Source: Amoebophrya sp. A120
Taxonomy: Eukaryota; Protista; Dinoflagellata
Length of the DNA: 64,000 nt
Direction of reading: 5' to 3'
NCBI GenBank assembly: GCA_905178155.1
Contig: CAJINV010000012.1
Coordinates: 2,997,412 to 3,061,411, forward strand
A program made the position numbers and the translations under genes. Below, piece by piece: positions 13,421 to 25,481 of the stretch (the stretch's first letter is position 1; each line of letters begins with the position of its first letter). Under the pieces are notes generated by a model. The model did no database searches. It had not been told where the DNA came from and worked only from the letters and a program-made list of their open reading frames with translations.

Positions 13421-14169
13421 TTTTTTTTGGTTTGCTTCGTTCTTCGACAAGAAGGAATCAATCTCGGAACGCGCTCTGTTGACAAGGAGAAGATGCAAGG
13501 TGATCTACTACTACGGTTGGTGAGACCACGAGAGTTTCTGGTTCTGGAAAAATTTACTCCGTAATATTAGAAGCTTGTTGTCAAAATGAAACAGGAGGTG
13601 ATTGTGAATTTATTATACAAACGTGTATGGCAGTGTAGGGCAGAAATCAAAATGTGACAGCAACTCAACAGATACTGATAGCTAGAAACCTGAAGGGCAT
13701 CGTAGTATAGGAAAAGGAGAACATGGCTTTGTCTACGTGTAGTGTCGTTGTGCAGCAGAGGAACTAAAAATTTATGTCGCTCACTCGTTCGCGCGGAGGG
13801 AGCTTGAGGCCACATTTTAGATTTGTGACGATTTTTACTCCAGGAGATTATTATACTGGTGGCTATTTGGTTTCGGATTAGGAAAAAGAAGGACGTGCTA
13901 CTTCCAAAAGCTTCTTGTAGTGTGTCCAGCTTACTTTACGGATCGCTTTGTGAAGAAACGTGGAGAAGTCTATCTGTTGTATGAAAAATGTGAGGCAACA
14001 ACAACAGTTCGTGTGCGTGCACGACTGCAGTCATGATGTGCTGTCCAAATAGAAATATCTCTGATCGCTCTCACTTCAGGAGAAGAAGGTAGCCGCACCG
14101 CGAACACCAGCAACGGGCAAAAACGAGAACTGCGCCGGATTCTGTAGGGGGGGCCAAGTGCAATCTTCT

Positions 14170-15090
14170 TCAACAGCTATCGACGCGCAGGCCACCTCCA
14201 CGGCAACGGCACGGCACCTGCAGTGGGGCAACGCCAACGGACGCCACAAGCCGTGTGGCCCGCTGCCGGCGCGCTAGGCGGGCGCCGGGCGCGCGAAACT
14301 GCGGCGGCAGCGCGCAGCCCCGTATTGCGCGAAGGAGTACTGGCACGCGCCAGCGGGCGGGCACTTTCGCAGGCGATGCCCTGAGCCCCACGCCGCCGCG
14401 TGCGGGGGCGCGCCTAAAAGCAAACGCAGCGAAACCCCGGGCCGCCGCAGCGGCGGAGGCGCCCGCCAGCGTGGAGGGGCCTGCGCGGCGCCCCCCCCGC
14501 GCCAATCCATAACGGTGCGCAGACCGGCCCGCCCGGGGCCGAGGACTGTGGCCGGCGCCTGCGTGGCGCCTAGCTTTTAGCCTGCCGCAGAGTTTCCCGG
14601 CGCGATTCCCTTGCCCGGCATGCGGGGCCTGTAAGCATGCGCTTCCCGCTGTCGGCGTTGTCGGAGTTGTGTTTGCTGATCGGAGTTGTGTTTGCTGATT
14701 TTGATTCCAGGCATAGCGAGCTGCGACACAAAGCACAGGGCCTGTGGCCACATGCTGCTGGTCGGCTCTCGCACTGCGAAAGACGGAGCCCGGCCCGCCT
14801 GGCTATCCGGCCGCCGCGATGCGCCTCTTCGAAAGTGCTGCCCCCCCCCCCGTACCAAGGGGGGGCTGCGCAGGCATGTTCCGGGCCCGGCCGCTTCCAG
14901 GCGGGGGCCGCGCAGTATCGCGGCTCCCCGGTCTATTTTGTGCACTGACACGAGTCCGGGCGGGCCACGGCCACGCACTGTCGCCGTGCATCTGCGCTGC
15001 CCGGGGCGCTCCAAGGTGGAGAAAACGCGGCTAGAAGCGCCACACGGAAAACGCCGCCTGCTTGAGGCACCAACGAAGGCGCGCACTCCC
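14170..15090. promoter_or_regulatory. GC/CpG-rich island, candidate transcription-start region
   Basis: Abrupt shift to very high GC inside AT-rich intergenic DNA; no credible protein; 19-nt tandem duplication at 14661-14698; lies upstream of the minus-strand CSP gene. Confidence 0.4.
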
Positions 15091-15360
15091 ATCTTGCTTT
15101 ACTGGCAGTAGACGCAATCTTCTTAGCAAGGCCTGTAGATTGAAACGAGCGTCTTGTCTTCTGCCTCTCCAGTCCTGCGCCCACCTCTCGCTCAGAACCT
15201 GACTCACTCGAAGTCACCAAAGTAGCCACACCTCTCAACACATGAGACAGAGACCTCAGCATCCATACCAGGAGACCTCTCTCACACACGAATTTTGTGG
15301 CAGGGCTCTCAGGAGCTGCCACTGATCTCCTCTCTCTGCGCAAGGGAAGGAGATCTCGAA
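15091..15360 (+). ncRNA. Candidate structured ncRNA, snRNA-like (unverified)
   Basis: Stems GGCAG/CTGCC, AGACGC/GCGTCT and AATCT/AGATT; Sm-like AATTTTG (15291-15297) followed by hairpins GTGGCAG/CTGCCAC and GATCTCC/GGAGATC. Confidence 0.22.
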
Positions 15361-18197
15361 ACCTTCCGCAAAACTACAAACCACTACAACGCAAGCACGG
15401 AACACGGATGAACTGCTTGCACCATTTACAATCGGAGGCGTATCGCCATCCACAGTCACGGCAGTCTTTCTATTTTTTCACAACAAAAATCATCAGCATC
15501 GCGAGAATAACCTCAATCCGGATTTTTATCAGCGCAAATTCTACCATGAAGCATCACATCATCGCAAATACCCATCTGGTTCTAGTTGTCATTTTTTCCC
15601 GCTTTTTTTTTTAGTTTTCTTTCTTTTTTTGTGTTTTTGAAATTTTATTCGAAGCAGCCTATTTCATCTTCCAGCGTAGTTCAAGTTCTTGTTCTAGCGG
15701 CATAGGTGTATTACAGTACATCAAGAGCTTCTTGAATGGGTGTCTGTTTTTTTCGGAGAATTGTGTATTGACATACTTATCACTTCCAACAATCTCGAGT
15801 TCTGTGAAACTACAGTTCTTCAGTTCTTTTCTGTGGCAAAGCGAAGTAGTTTTTCATGCTGTACCGTAAACACAACAAAACCTCGGCACACAACCGATCC
15901 CCCCGCCTGATCCAGACATGGCGTTCACAGGCGATGTTGAGATGCAGAAACTGTGTCGAAGCAATGTCTATCTACGGCTTTTTTAGTATTTTCAGTCCTG
16001 TGGTCTTTTTTAAATCCTTCTTTCCCAGTTCCTAAAGATCATCTTCTGTATGTGCAGCAACAATCTGATACATTTGTTCACCTTACATAGCAGAATTCAC
16101 AACCTTTTCTAGTGCCTCGTTCCATTAACCTGCTCTTGTAGTGCTCTAAAAGTAGTGCTGTTCCTCGTTATACGTACGATAGTTCTAAACGATAGTGTAA
16201 GTATCTGCAATAAAACCAAAGTGCGAAACGTAGCAAACGATCTAGAGACAACATCAGTACAGACTGCGCGTGCGAAGTAGAGAATTTTTCAAATAGACCA
16301 GTTCTATTTTGCCTACGATTTTCATCTTGTTTCCTTCGACCCCCAATAAAACTCTCCTTCTCAGTTTTTTCTTATCGAAACAATATTTTTTCAACCTTAG
16401 CTATCAATAGTGTGGTGGTGGTGCGGGAAGATCATGGGGGAAGCACCGCCAGACATCCGAACAACCATCCAAACAGGCAACTACATTGGTAGAGGCTGTC
16501 TGAATGGAAGACACGAAGACGATGATACTTTTACCCCACGACCACGCGGCGAGACGTGTTAGTTATGTACTAAAGGAATAGTCTAAGTAGTGCTTGTTGA
16601 AGAAATAGTTCAGTTCTGCGAGTCTTGTTTCGTGCGAAATCTTTGGAACTACGGTACTAGCAAGACGACAAACAGAAGAGCGAAAATTCCGCAAAAGAAC
16701 TCCGCGACTTCTTCTTGCCCCCCGGGTACGTACCATCGTTGCCAAGACACTGCCTTTTTTGGTAGAGCAAAGTTCTCAGGTAGGATTTTTGTCATATGGA
16801 GCTTATAGCTTCTACTTGTAGTGCAAGTTTCCGTAGCAAACTCCTATTGTGGCATTTTTACAAAACACAAATTCTGTAATGCAGCGAAAGGTTAGTCCTT
16901 AATAGAGAAGCAGAGTCCTACATAGCACAGTAAAGATATGCTTTTGAGATTTGAAAACCGAGAAGCTTTTTTTCTGTCCACAGCTAGAAAGCAAAAAAAG
17001 AATTCATATGATGTTTGTCAGGGCCGCGATCAACAGTTCTGAGTAGAAAAGAGATTTTTCGAAAAATCATCTCATCCCCACCTCGTTCCTTTTCTTGAAA
17101 TACGGAATGTATTGTTCTAGTGCGGGTAGTTTTGTGCTGTCCTCTGTGCCACAGACTGAATTTGATCCTATAATTTTTCTGCCGTTACAGATCCATCCAG
17201 CGCTTCAATTGTTGTAGAAAATAGTGCTTCTTTTGGTAGTGATATAAATTGGGTGCATGGTACAGCTACTTCTTCTATGCGCAGCTAAAAATCCGAGTCC
17301 GCAGAGTGAATGACCCACTTCCCGAAAAGATGAGGGACATAACTGAAAACTGCGGAAAAATAGCTGCCGCATGGGTGATTTTTGAAAAAAATCCGTCGTG
17401 CAGAGTGAAAACATTTTTGCCGCAATTTTACTCAAAGTTGAGCTCTTTGGGCTGAAATAAATGACTGTCGCTAGTTGCACCAGCTGCGCGCGCGCGTGTG
17501 TAAGTAAGCTAGCCCTTGAAGTCGCGACAACCAAAGAAAAAATTCTGGCTGTTGCTCCTTTGTTTATCTCCGCAGCTGGTGAACCACTAGCGGCAACAAG
17601 ATGATTTCAACACAGACCTCAATCTCAGAAAAGCTTTGGCAATATCGGTGATATAGTACAACACCCAGATTCTCTTTTCCTCAGAAAAACTAGCGCACGA
17701 TGTTGACTGGCGCTTTATACAAGGCGAACTACACCTAAACGGTCAAAACGGCTCAAGTTGCGAACCGCATCGTTGAATAGGCGTAGCTCTTTGACGAAAG
17801 TTCTAAATCAGCATCACAAAGGTTTTTCGGTTGTAATAGTCTTTGTCGCATTATCCAAATTGTAACAGTCGCTCCGACATATTTGTCAGCCTTTGAACAG
17901 TAAACAATGCTCCGTCGCTCCGATTGTAGTAGAGTAGAGTGTGAACAATAGTGTACAAAATATGGGCCAACAAGAACTTCTTGCTGTGTGTAGTTTAGTC
18001 CTTCTAGACCGGGGGTGGTGTAATAGGGTGGAAAACGATTTCTTGGCTCCACTTAGTGTTCTTTAAGTAGTCTCAAGTTGGTCCGGGAAACCAAGTCATC
18101 TCTTCGAGAACCCTATCAGGGGTAAGTTCTTTTTCTTCTTCATTATCATTTCCGTTCAGTTTCGATACTAAAAACATTCGATGACGCTGAAACGCAT

Positions 18198-19582
18198 TTA
18201 GTAGAATCCGCCCTTGCCAAAGCCCTTGTCGAAGCCACCACCGTAGCCCTTGTCGAAGCCGCCGCCATAGCCCTTGTCGAAGCCCCCGCCGTAGCCTGTT
18301 GAATTATCGAGAAAACATTTTCTTTGAGCAAAAGTGTTTCTCCTGTCTCTAATTGCGTATGTGTAGACGTCCTTTCCCGCTGAAAATAAATCCGCCGTTG
18401 CAATCACATCAGCCACCTTCAGGCATACAAGACCGACAACAGACTTGCTAGCCAGCTGCAGCTGCAACAGCTATGTGGAGTCTGATCCTGATGTCACTAC
18501 CACAGTTAAAAACTATGCAGGAAAAATTCTAAACGAGGAATTCAAAGCACAAACCGAAAAAGCGCGAGGGATTATAGAAGCTAGCGGTCTTCTCCTCCGC
18601 TACTACTATAAAACACACGTTCCAAAACTGAAATAAACTGTATCAAAAATTATACCGTCGAAGCCGCCACCGTAGCCCTTGTCCATGCCAAAGCCGCCGC
18701 CCTTGCCGAAGCCGCCGCCCTTACCCTTACCGCCCTTCTGCTGGCGGGGGATGCCGTCACCCTTACCAGAAACGTTCATGGCCTATCCTGAGTAAAAACG
18801 TACCCATACCAGAGTCAGGATGGGGAATCTGCTAGACAAATCAGCCAGCTTTGGTTGTTTGGCATGACAGGTTTGTCCGCGTAGTGTAGTGCTGTTTGAG
18901 CTAGTTTAGCAGCATTACAGATCTAGTATCTCGTGCTGATTGGAGCATGACAAATTTCAAAACCGCATTAGAAAATGCTTCTCATGGGGCTCCGCATGAG
19001 AAACATTTTAAGCATGCAGAGTTGCATGACAACTATGGTGTGGGTACGTTTTTACTCAGGATATGGCCGCGGTTTTGTTCTTGGCCTGGTCGAAGGTAGT
19101 GTCGTAGAAGACGGTCTCACCCTTATCAAAGTGAAAAATCCCCCCTTCCCATATCGAAAAGGTATGTTTCCGAAAATTTGTGTTGCTGATTTGAGGTCGC
19201 AAATCACGTTTGTATTGCAAGAAGACAAGGGCAGAAGCTTCCGCCCATTATGGAGTCGATTTGTCATGCTGTTGGACCCAAAGGTGAGCCGTCTGTCATG
19301 CTGAGCAACTAGACCCATACGCCCCTACCTAGCCTGGGGATCTGGCCGCAATGCCTTCCTGCAATACAAAGCTGATTTGTGTACACAAATCCAGCATCAG
19401 AAATTCCGTTTTGATATGGGGAGGGGGGATTTTTCCTTACGATAACCCTCGTTCAGGGATTTGAAACCTTCCTTGTTGATGGCGGAAAAGTGGACGAAGA
19501 TGTCCTCACCTCCCTCGGCCGGCTGGATAAAGCCGAAGCCCTTCTCAGCGTTGAAAAACTTGACGGAACCCTGTTGCGACAT
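18198..19582 (-). CDS. Cold-shock domain protein with GYGGGFDK repeats (4 exons)
   Basis: [15 protein letters not shown] and DIFVHFS; introners at 19124-19444 and 18784-19063; GT-AG intron at 18296-18655; stop at 18198. Confidence 0.92.
18784..19063. mobile_element. Introner, family C
   Basis: TIR tatcctgagtaaaaacgtaccca / tgggtacgtttttactcaggata; DR tggcc. Confidence 0.92.
19124..19444. mobile_element. Introner, family B
   Basis: B-type TIR; DR accct; body very similar to 4382-4702 and 31383-31704. Confidence 0.92.
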
Positions 19583-20933
19583 CTTGTGTTGTTGTTTGTG
19601 ATGCTGTGGTGTTTAGAACCCTGATAAAGAGATAGAAGATTTACAACTCAGATAGAGAAGAGAGAATTAAATCCAGATACAGATACTATATCCTGCTGGG
19701 GCGGTAGTTGGATGAAGTTCAATTAATGAATGCAGATATGTGAGTCCTTCTGCCTTTACATCGAACTATCTCCACGAGTACTCTTCTTCGATTGGATCGT
19801 GACAAACCGGTAGTTGTACTAGGATTTTCGGTCTGGGCAGGAATTTAGATCAACAGAACAGTACTAGAGCGGCTTTAGAAGTTTTTACAGATGAAATTCA
19901 CAGCTCTACTGTTCTGTCCGGGGCAAGAGATTTTTGAAATTCTTATCTGGGTGCCGATTACACTGGAGTTGCGGTGAGCGGGTTGTAGTTTTGGTATGGA
20001 AGATCTCTATCAGCGTGAAGATCCTATGACTCAGTGTGGCCGATGAAATCGATATGTTTCACTCTGCCTCTATTTCTGGATTGAGGTCATCGCATTTACA
20101 CTTCGCTGTTCTCTTCCGCTCGAGGTGTCGCAAACAGATCTTCTTACTTCGCAGCTCAAGCTGGCTAATATGTGAATTCTCAATCTGCACTGCCGACTGA
20201 CGGTGAACACAGTTTTGTCAACTTTGGCTAGATACCATGCGACGCGCAGCTTTGTCCTTGCCGCGCCTGCAAGTACTGCACCGGTTGTATTTGCTGCAAC
20301 AAATTATTCGCATTGCGGTTTACAACTAATTGGGCATTTGAAGAATCTTCATCTTGAATCGTTAAGAACTTGAGAATTGACACTCTACGATCTGGCTTTG
20401 CAGATCTGCGGATCACTTCTCCCCGGGGTACATTGAAATGTGTTCGAAATTCACTCGCAATCGTGTTTGGTCAAAAAATCTATTGCTAGCCGCAATCCCT
20501 TTGATCCCAATGCAAGCTCCTTCTTTCTACGTTGCTTGATCTATTTAGTTGAGAAAAAATACGGGCGATTGATATTATTGTTCCTACTGTACTTACTGCT
20601 GCTGGTTGGTTCTTACAGAGATGTTGCTGTTCTTTGCCGATAATGCTTTGACTTTGTTTCGTTTGTTTTACTAGAATTTCTTTGGGCTTAATTTGTAGTG
20701 ATAGCTGGAGTGTTTGTCTACCGCTTGGGCGGTTTGAAAGTGTTTTTATCGCGTTTTTGACTTTGTTGGACCACTCTAGCAGGGTTTATTGGCAGTTTGT
20801 TTTTGAGTACTCGAGCGTGCTCGATCCAGGAGTTCCTTGTTTCCTGTAATTGTTTCGAAGAAAAATCTTTAAAATTCCTACCTCATTCGTTTCTTCTTTT
20901 CCCACCAGAAAACCAGACGCAATCTCTACTCCG

Positions 20934-23900
20934 TTACTCCGCATCGGGCTCGTCGGTTTCGTGAATGGCTACGTCCTCCAATTCGATCTGCACGATGTTC
21001 CCTTGCCCCCCGCCAATCGCTATCAACTGCAAATATGTCTCGGGATGGAAACTTGTGATGCTGACTGGCGAATCATGAAGACGCTACTAATCACGGCTCA
21101 GCATGACAAGTTACTCAGTTGCTAGGTGTTGTCTATCCAGCATGACAAACTGCGTTTTTGCATGGCAGAAAGCTGTGGCTTTTGGATAACGCGCATGACA
21201 GACTTCCGAGTCATGCTAGCCAAGCAAGACAAACTTGCACTCTTCCAGACCCAGACATATTTGCAGTGCATAATCGCGTGCGACAGCCGGGCGTCGTGCG
21301 CGGGTCCGAGCACCGACTCATCCGGCACTGATCCCATGTATGCAATACAAATCTACTTTTCCTGTAGTAGTACAAAACGCATCACAAATTTTTGTTTCAG
21401 CAACCTACAGTGTGTGCAATCTGTCATGCTGAATGGGCCACTAGAGGAACTTCTTGTCATGCAGAGTCCGCAGTTATTGTACGCGTACTACAAGACAAAA
21501 CTTTCTGTGGATACCGTGCCGTCTTCCTGCATGATGATCGGTCCGTTGCCCAGTCCCGTCCCGGTGGACACCGATTCGATTCCCGCGTTTGCGCCAATCG
21601 TTTCTTGGTCCATAGTATGCAGTGCAAATGTGTCTGGAAACCTGTGATGCAGATTTGCTGCTAATTGCAACGCTTACCATGGCAGCCACGCATGACAAGT
21701 TTTTGAAACGCTTTCTGATGTCTGGCACGCATTACAAGTTGCGTTTTCGCATGACAAAGGAAGCGGCTCCTCTGCTGCTCACACAACACAGATTTTCTAG
21801 GAATGCAAGACACACATTACAAGTTCCACTTTTCGTCCAGACCTAGACATGTTTGCATTCCATACAAAGCCTTTGCTTTTGCCTTGTCGGCGGCCTTGCC
21901 GGCGTGGTTCGGGAATTTTCCCTATGAACTGCAAAAGTATCGCACTAGTAGTAATTGCAATACAAATTAGCTCAGCATGACAAAGGGAGTTTGTCATGCT
22001 GTTTTGCCTTGGGATGGAGATTTGTAATGCATGACTGCCATTTTTACTACGAGTACGATACTTTTGCACAGGATATTCCCGCCTCCAGCATCTTCACATA
22101 CCCCTCGTACAGCAGCGCGAACTGGTCCCAGTTCATGTACAGTTCTTCGGTCTATCAAATGTGAAAATGTCTGGGTCTAAAAGAGTCATGCTGTTTTTGC
22201 ATGGCGCAGGAGGTCTGGCATGGAAGCTCTAGCATCACAGGTTTCGAGACGCTTCCGCAATGCCGAACCCGCATGAGAAATCCCCTATTTTGGTGACAGA
22301 AAGTCGGCAGCTTTTGCTACCTATGCATGAGAGATTTTTCAGTGTTCTAAAATGCGCATCACAAGTTCGGATCCTTCCAGACCCAGACATTTTTGCATTT
22401 CATACGGTCAGCGTGCTCGGATCTTCGACCGATTTCTCGAAAAACTCCATGCCGTCGATATGGAATGCAAAAGTGTCTGGGTCTGGGAGATGTCATGCTA
22501 GTCTGGCAAAAGTGACTCTGAACTCTGTATTGCGTGGCCGCGATGCGCTCCTCTTGCCTGCCATGCAAAAACGCAGTTTCTCATGCGGAGTACGCAACTC
22601 AGAACCACGGCAAAACTTGTCATGCTGGGCAGCGCATTACAATGCTTTCACTATTCCCTCTCTTGCATCACAAGTTTCCAGACCCAGACATATTTGCAAT
22701 GCATAATCAATGAGCAGGTTCAATTCCTGGGTGGTTAACTCCGACGAGGCGCCCGCGTCCTGTATCAAAAGGAAAAATCCCCCCACCCCATATCGAAAAC
22801 GTATCCGTCTGAAAATTTGTGATGCGCATTTGTGGCCTCAAATCCTGTCTGTCTTGCAAGAAGGCAAGTCCAGAAAGCGCCCCGCATTTTGCAGGCGGTT
22901 TGTGATGCTGTTGGGCTTAGAGCATACACGTTTGCCATGCTAGGCGCCTACGTCAAAACCTCGCGACTGAGGCTTGGCATATGCCTGCAGTCCTCTACTG
23001 CAAGACAGATCGGATTTGTATACGGAAATCCAGCATCAGAAACTTCGTTTCGATATGGGGAGGGAGGATTTTTCCTTTTGATATCCTGCAGCGCTTGTTT
23101 CGTCTTGCGGTAGAAGAGAATGCGACCACGCTCGTCGACCTGGGGTTTTCGTTTTTTGTTATAACGCGAACTTTGCATGAAAAACTGCTGTCAAGTAGCG
23201 TAGTTCCACGCATCACAAAATCTTTAGCTGCATCTTGTCGAAGTTAGCGCCTTATCTTACCATCGTCGCGTGCGTCGAGAAGGCCTTGTATAGCTTCGGG
23301 GACTCCAGGTAGAACCGCGCTTCCCGGGCACACAGCACGATGCAGCCGAGCAGCATGACCACGCCGAATAGGACGGACAGCGTTCCAAACGCGGTGCTCG
23401 ATTCCGTGGAGAACAGGTGCAAGGACATCCAGAAGTAGAACGGGGCTTGCCACAGCTGCGCGGGCTGCTTGATCATGGACACGCACAGCCAGACCGAGAA
23501 AAAAATTCGCAGCACCGCGTCGCAAAACTTCTGCAGATTGGACCCGGACTTTGGCTCGGTCTGACAAGTTTGTAGTTTTCTGATGGTTTGTACGTTCTGC
23601 ATCACTGACCGAGCTTTAAACCAGCATCGGACTCTGGCCTCGATTAAACCATGCTGGCTACAAGCACAAAGATTCCTGCACGTTGGCCACGAAGATGTTG
23701 AGATTCCCTCTAATATTAATTGTACTGTATACCTCCCTGACCAAGCAGTAGAAGACGTGGAAGAGCGCGCACAGGGTGCTGGAGTAGTACAGGATGAAGG
23801 TCAGATCGTGGTGCAAAAAGCGGTAGAACCGCTCGGATTTTCGCTCCGTCTGGAACTTTTTGATTTTTTCCACCAGCGACTGTTTCCGGGTGTAGGATAT

Positions 23901-24470
23901 CAAGTGCAAAAGTGTCTGGGTCTGGAAGACTGCATGTCTGTCATGCTTGTCTGGCATGACTCTTGAATCTGTCATGCACGTTACCAAAGAGCTCCACTTT
24001 TCTGTCATGCAGAAACAAAGTCTGTCATGCAAAATAGGCAAGAACGCCTAGAAGCTCAGAAACTTGTCATGCTGAGCCAGCACCTGTGGCCTCATCATGA
24101 TACGCCACCCGGCATCACAAGTTTCCAGACCCAGACATTTTTGCATTTGATATAGGAAACCGTGGACGGTTTCCGTGTCTCCTGCGGCCGCACTATGAGA
24201 GTGCGCAGCTCCCCCCCCCTCATTTCTATTGCATGAACAGAAATACGAAAACCCGCACACGTCGATGCCGCGCATGACAAGTTCGTGCGCTCAGTGTCGT
24301 CCAGTTTGGGCTTCCAAAATTTGTAATGCAGACAGTGCCACAAGGCAGCAACTGGATTTGGGATTTTGCATGACAAACGAGGGGGAGGGGGAGTTGTGCA
24401 CTTTTATACGCATCACAGACGCGTCTAAAGCAGCCTGGGAGCTGCTGTTGCTCCCGTGGAAGGAAGGCAT
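20934..24470 (-). CDS. Multi-pass membrane protein with EF-hand-like C-terminal region (about 12 exons)
   Basis: Reconstructed frame MPSFHGSN...VMR-PQETRK...LVRE-TEPKSG...TM segments...KQALQD-AGASSELTTQELNLLID-GMEFFEK...LYMNWDQFALLY...DEPDAE*; 10 introners plus GT-AG intron 23561-23732. Confidence 0.75.
21021..21272. mobile_element. Introner, family A
   Basis: DR atcgc. Confidence 0.88.
21339..21513. mobile_element. Introner, short diverged family
   Basis: TAT...ATA, weak TIR (tgtagta/tactaca), DR ccatg/ccgtg. Confidence 0.7.
21616..21864. mobile_element. Introner, family A (diverged)
   Basis: DR catag/caaag. Confidence 0.8.
21923..22075. mobile_element. Introner, family D
   Basis: TIR gcaaaagtatcg; DR ttccc. 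Confidence 0.88.
22153..22404. mobile_element. Introner, family A
   Basis: DR cggtc. Confidence 0.88.
22459..22705. mobile_element. Introner, family A
   Basis: DR gtcga/atcaa. Confidence 0.85.
22763..23083. mobile_element. Introner, family B
   Basis: DR tcctg. Confidence 0.9.
23160..23256. mobile_element. Short degenerate introner (about 100 bp)
   Basis: Weak TIR tataacgcgaactt / aagttagcgccttat, gcatcacaa motif, interrupts the frame. Confidence 0.55.
23898..24152. mobile_element. Introner, family A
   Basis: DR tagga. Confidence 0.9.
24194..24408. mobile_element. Introner, family G
   Basis: TIR tatgagagtgcgcagctccccc / gggggagttgtgcacttttata; DR cgcac/cgcat; related to 61215-61423. Confidence 0.85.
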
Positions 24471-25481
24471 GATGTTTATTCTGCTGTTATTCTTACCGTA
24501 TAATTTCCCCACAGAAATCTAAATTTTGTCGTGGTCCTCTGCGTAGTCCGATAACTGCGAGGAGCCGTAGCAGTAGTGCAGGAGTACTGCGTTGCTCTCC
24601 GCGGTAACAAATATGAGTCGCCCACTGACGCCGGCAGGTTGTTTCCTCTGGAAGTAGGCTTGTTCCTCTGCAGGAGAAGCTGAAACACTAGAAGTCGGTC
24701 CGCAGGCAACAAAACGACGACAGAAAACGACTCAAGCTGCACAAGGTGCCGTCAGAAATCTCGTACCATCTCCGCTCAGTGTAGTCTTTTCTCAGTATCA
24801 GTCTGCACCTATCATCTCCGCTCTTTCTTGGTTTGTAGTTCCTATTGCGACTGACTACTTACTGGTATTGAACATCGCAAGGTGGTACTTAGCAGTGATG
24901 TTTTCGATACTGCACCTGCACGCAGGTGCTGGGAACAGCAGTCCCACGGTGGTGCTCAGCGACGATTGTAAGGAGTTTTTTAGTTCTTTCGCAAGGTGGC
25001 TATTTCCTCCTTCGCCCCTCAGAAGATTTATTTTGTGCACTTTGATTCGCAAAACCTCGTGCTGTTCTTGCCACGTCAAGCACGAGGTGACGCAGTAGAG
25101 GTAAGCTACACGCACAGCACTGGTACAACCTTTTTGAAAGATCGAAAGGAGAAAAACACGACACTGGCGCTCGTTTCTACTTCTTCACGAACAAATTTCA
25201 TTCATGAATTTTTTCAATCGTACAAGAATTACAGCGGGGATACAGAAAGGGTTTTCAAACCTAAAATCTTAGTACAATTTCTGCGTAATTTTAGTGGTAC
25301 AACGGGGATAAATAAAACGATAAATAGACAATTGATAATTGCGTGTTGAAAGCGAAAATTTCAAGATTTCTTCCACATAGCTATGCTTCTGGCATCAAAC
25401 AGGACCATTAGTTCATCTTGACAGCGGCCTATCAGAACTACAGCCTCGTCCGATCTACCTATACTGCTCTTCAAGATCGGT

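Noticed and set aside
14170-15111. Overlapping Arg/Ala/Gly/Pro-rich ORFs (also 63367-63992)
   Set aside because: Expected from stop-codon scarcity in a GC island; no recognisable domain.
23710-23732. Apparent 23-nt GT-AG mini-intron (GTATAC...ATTAG)
   Set aside because: Using that AG leads to a stop; the acceptor at 23561 gives a clean in-frame join.
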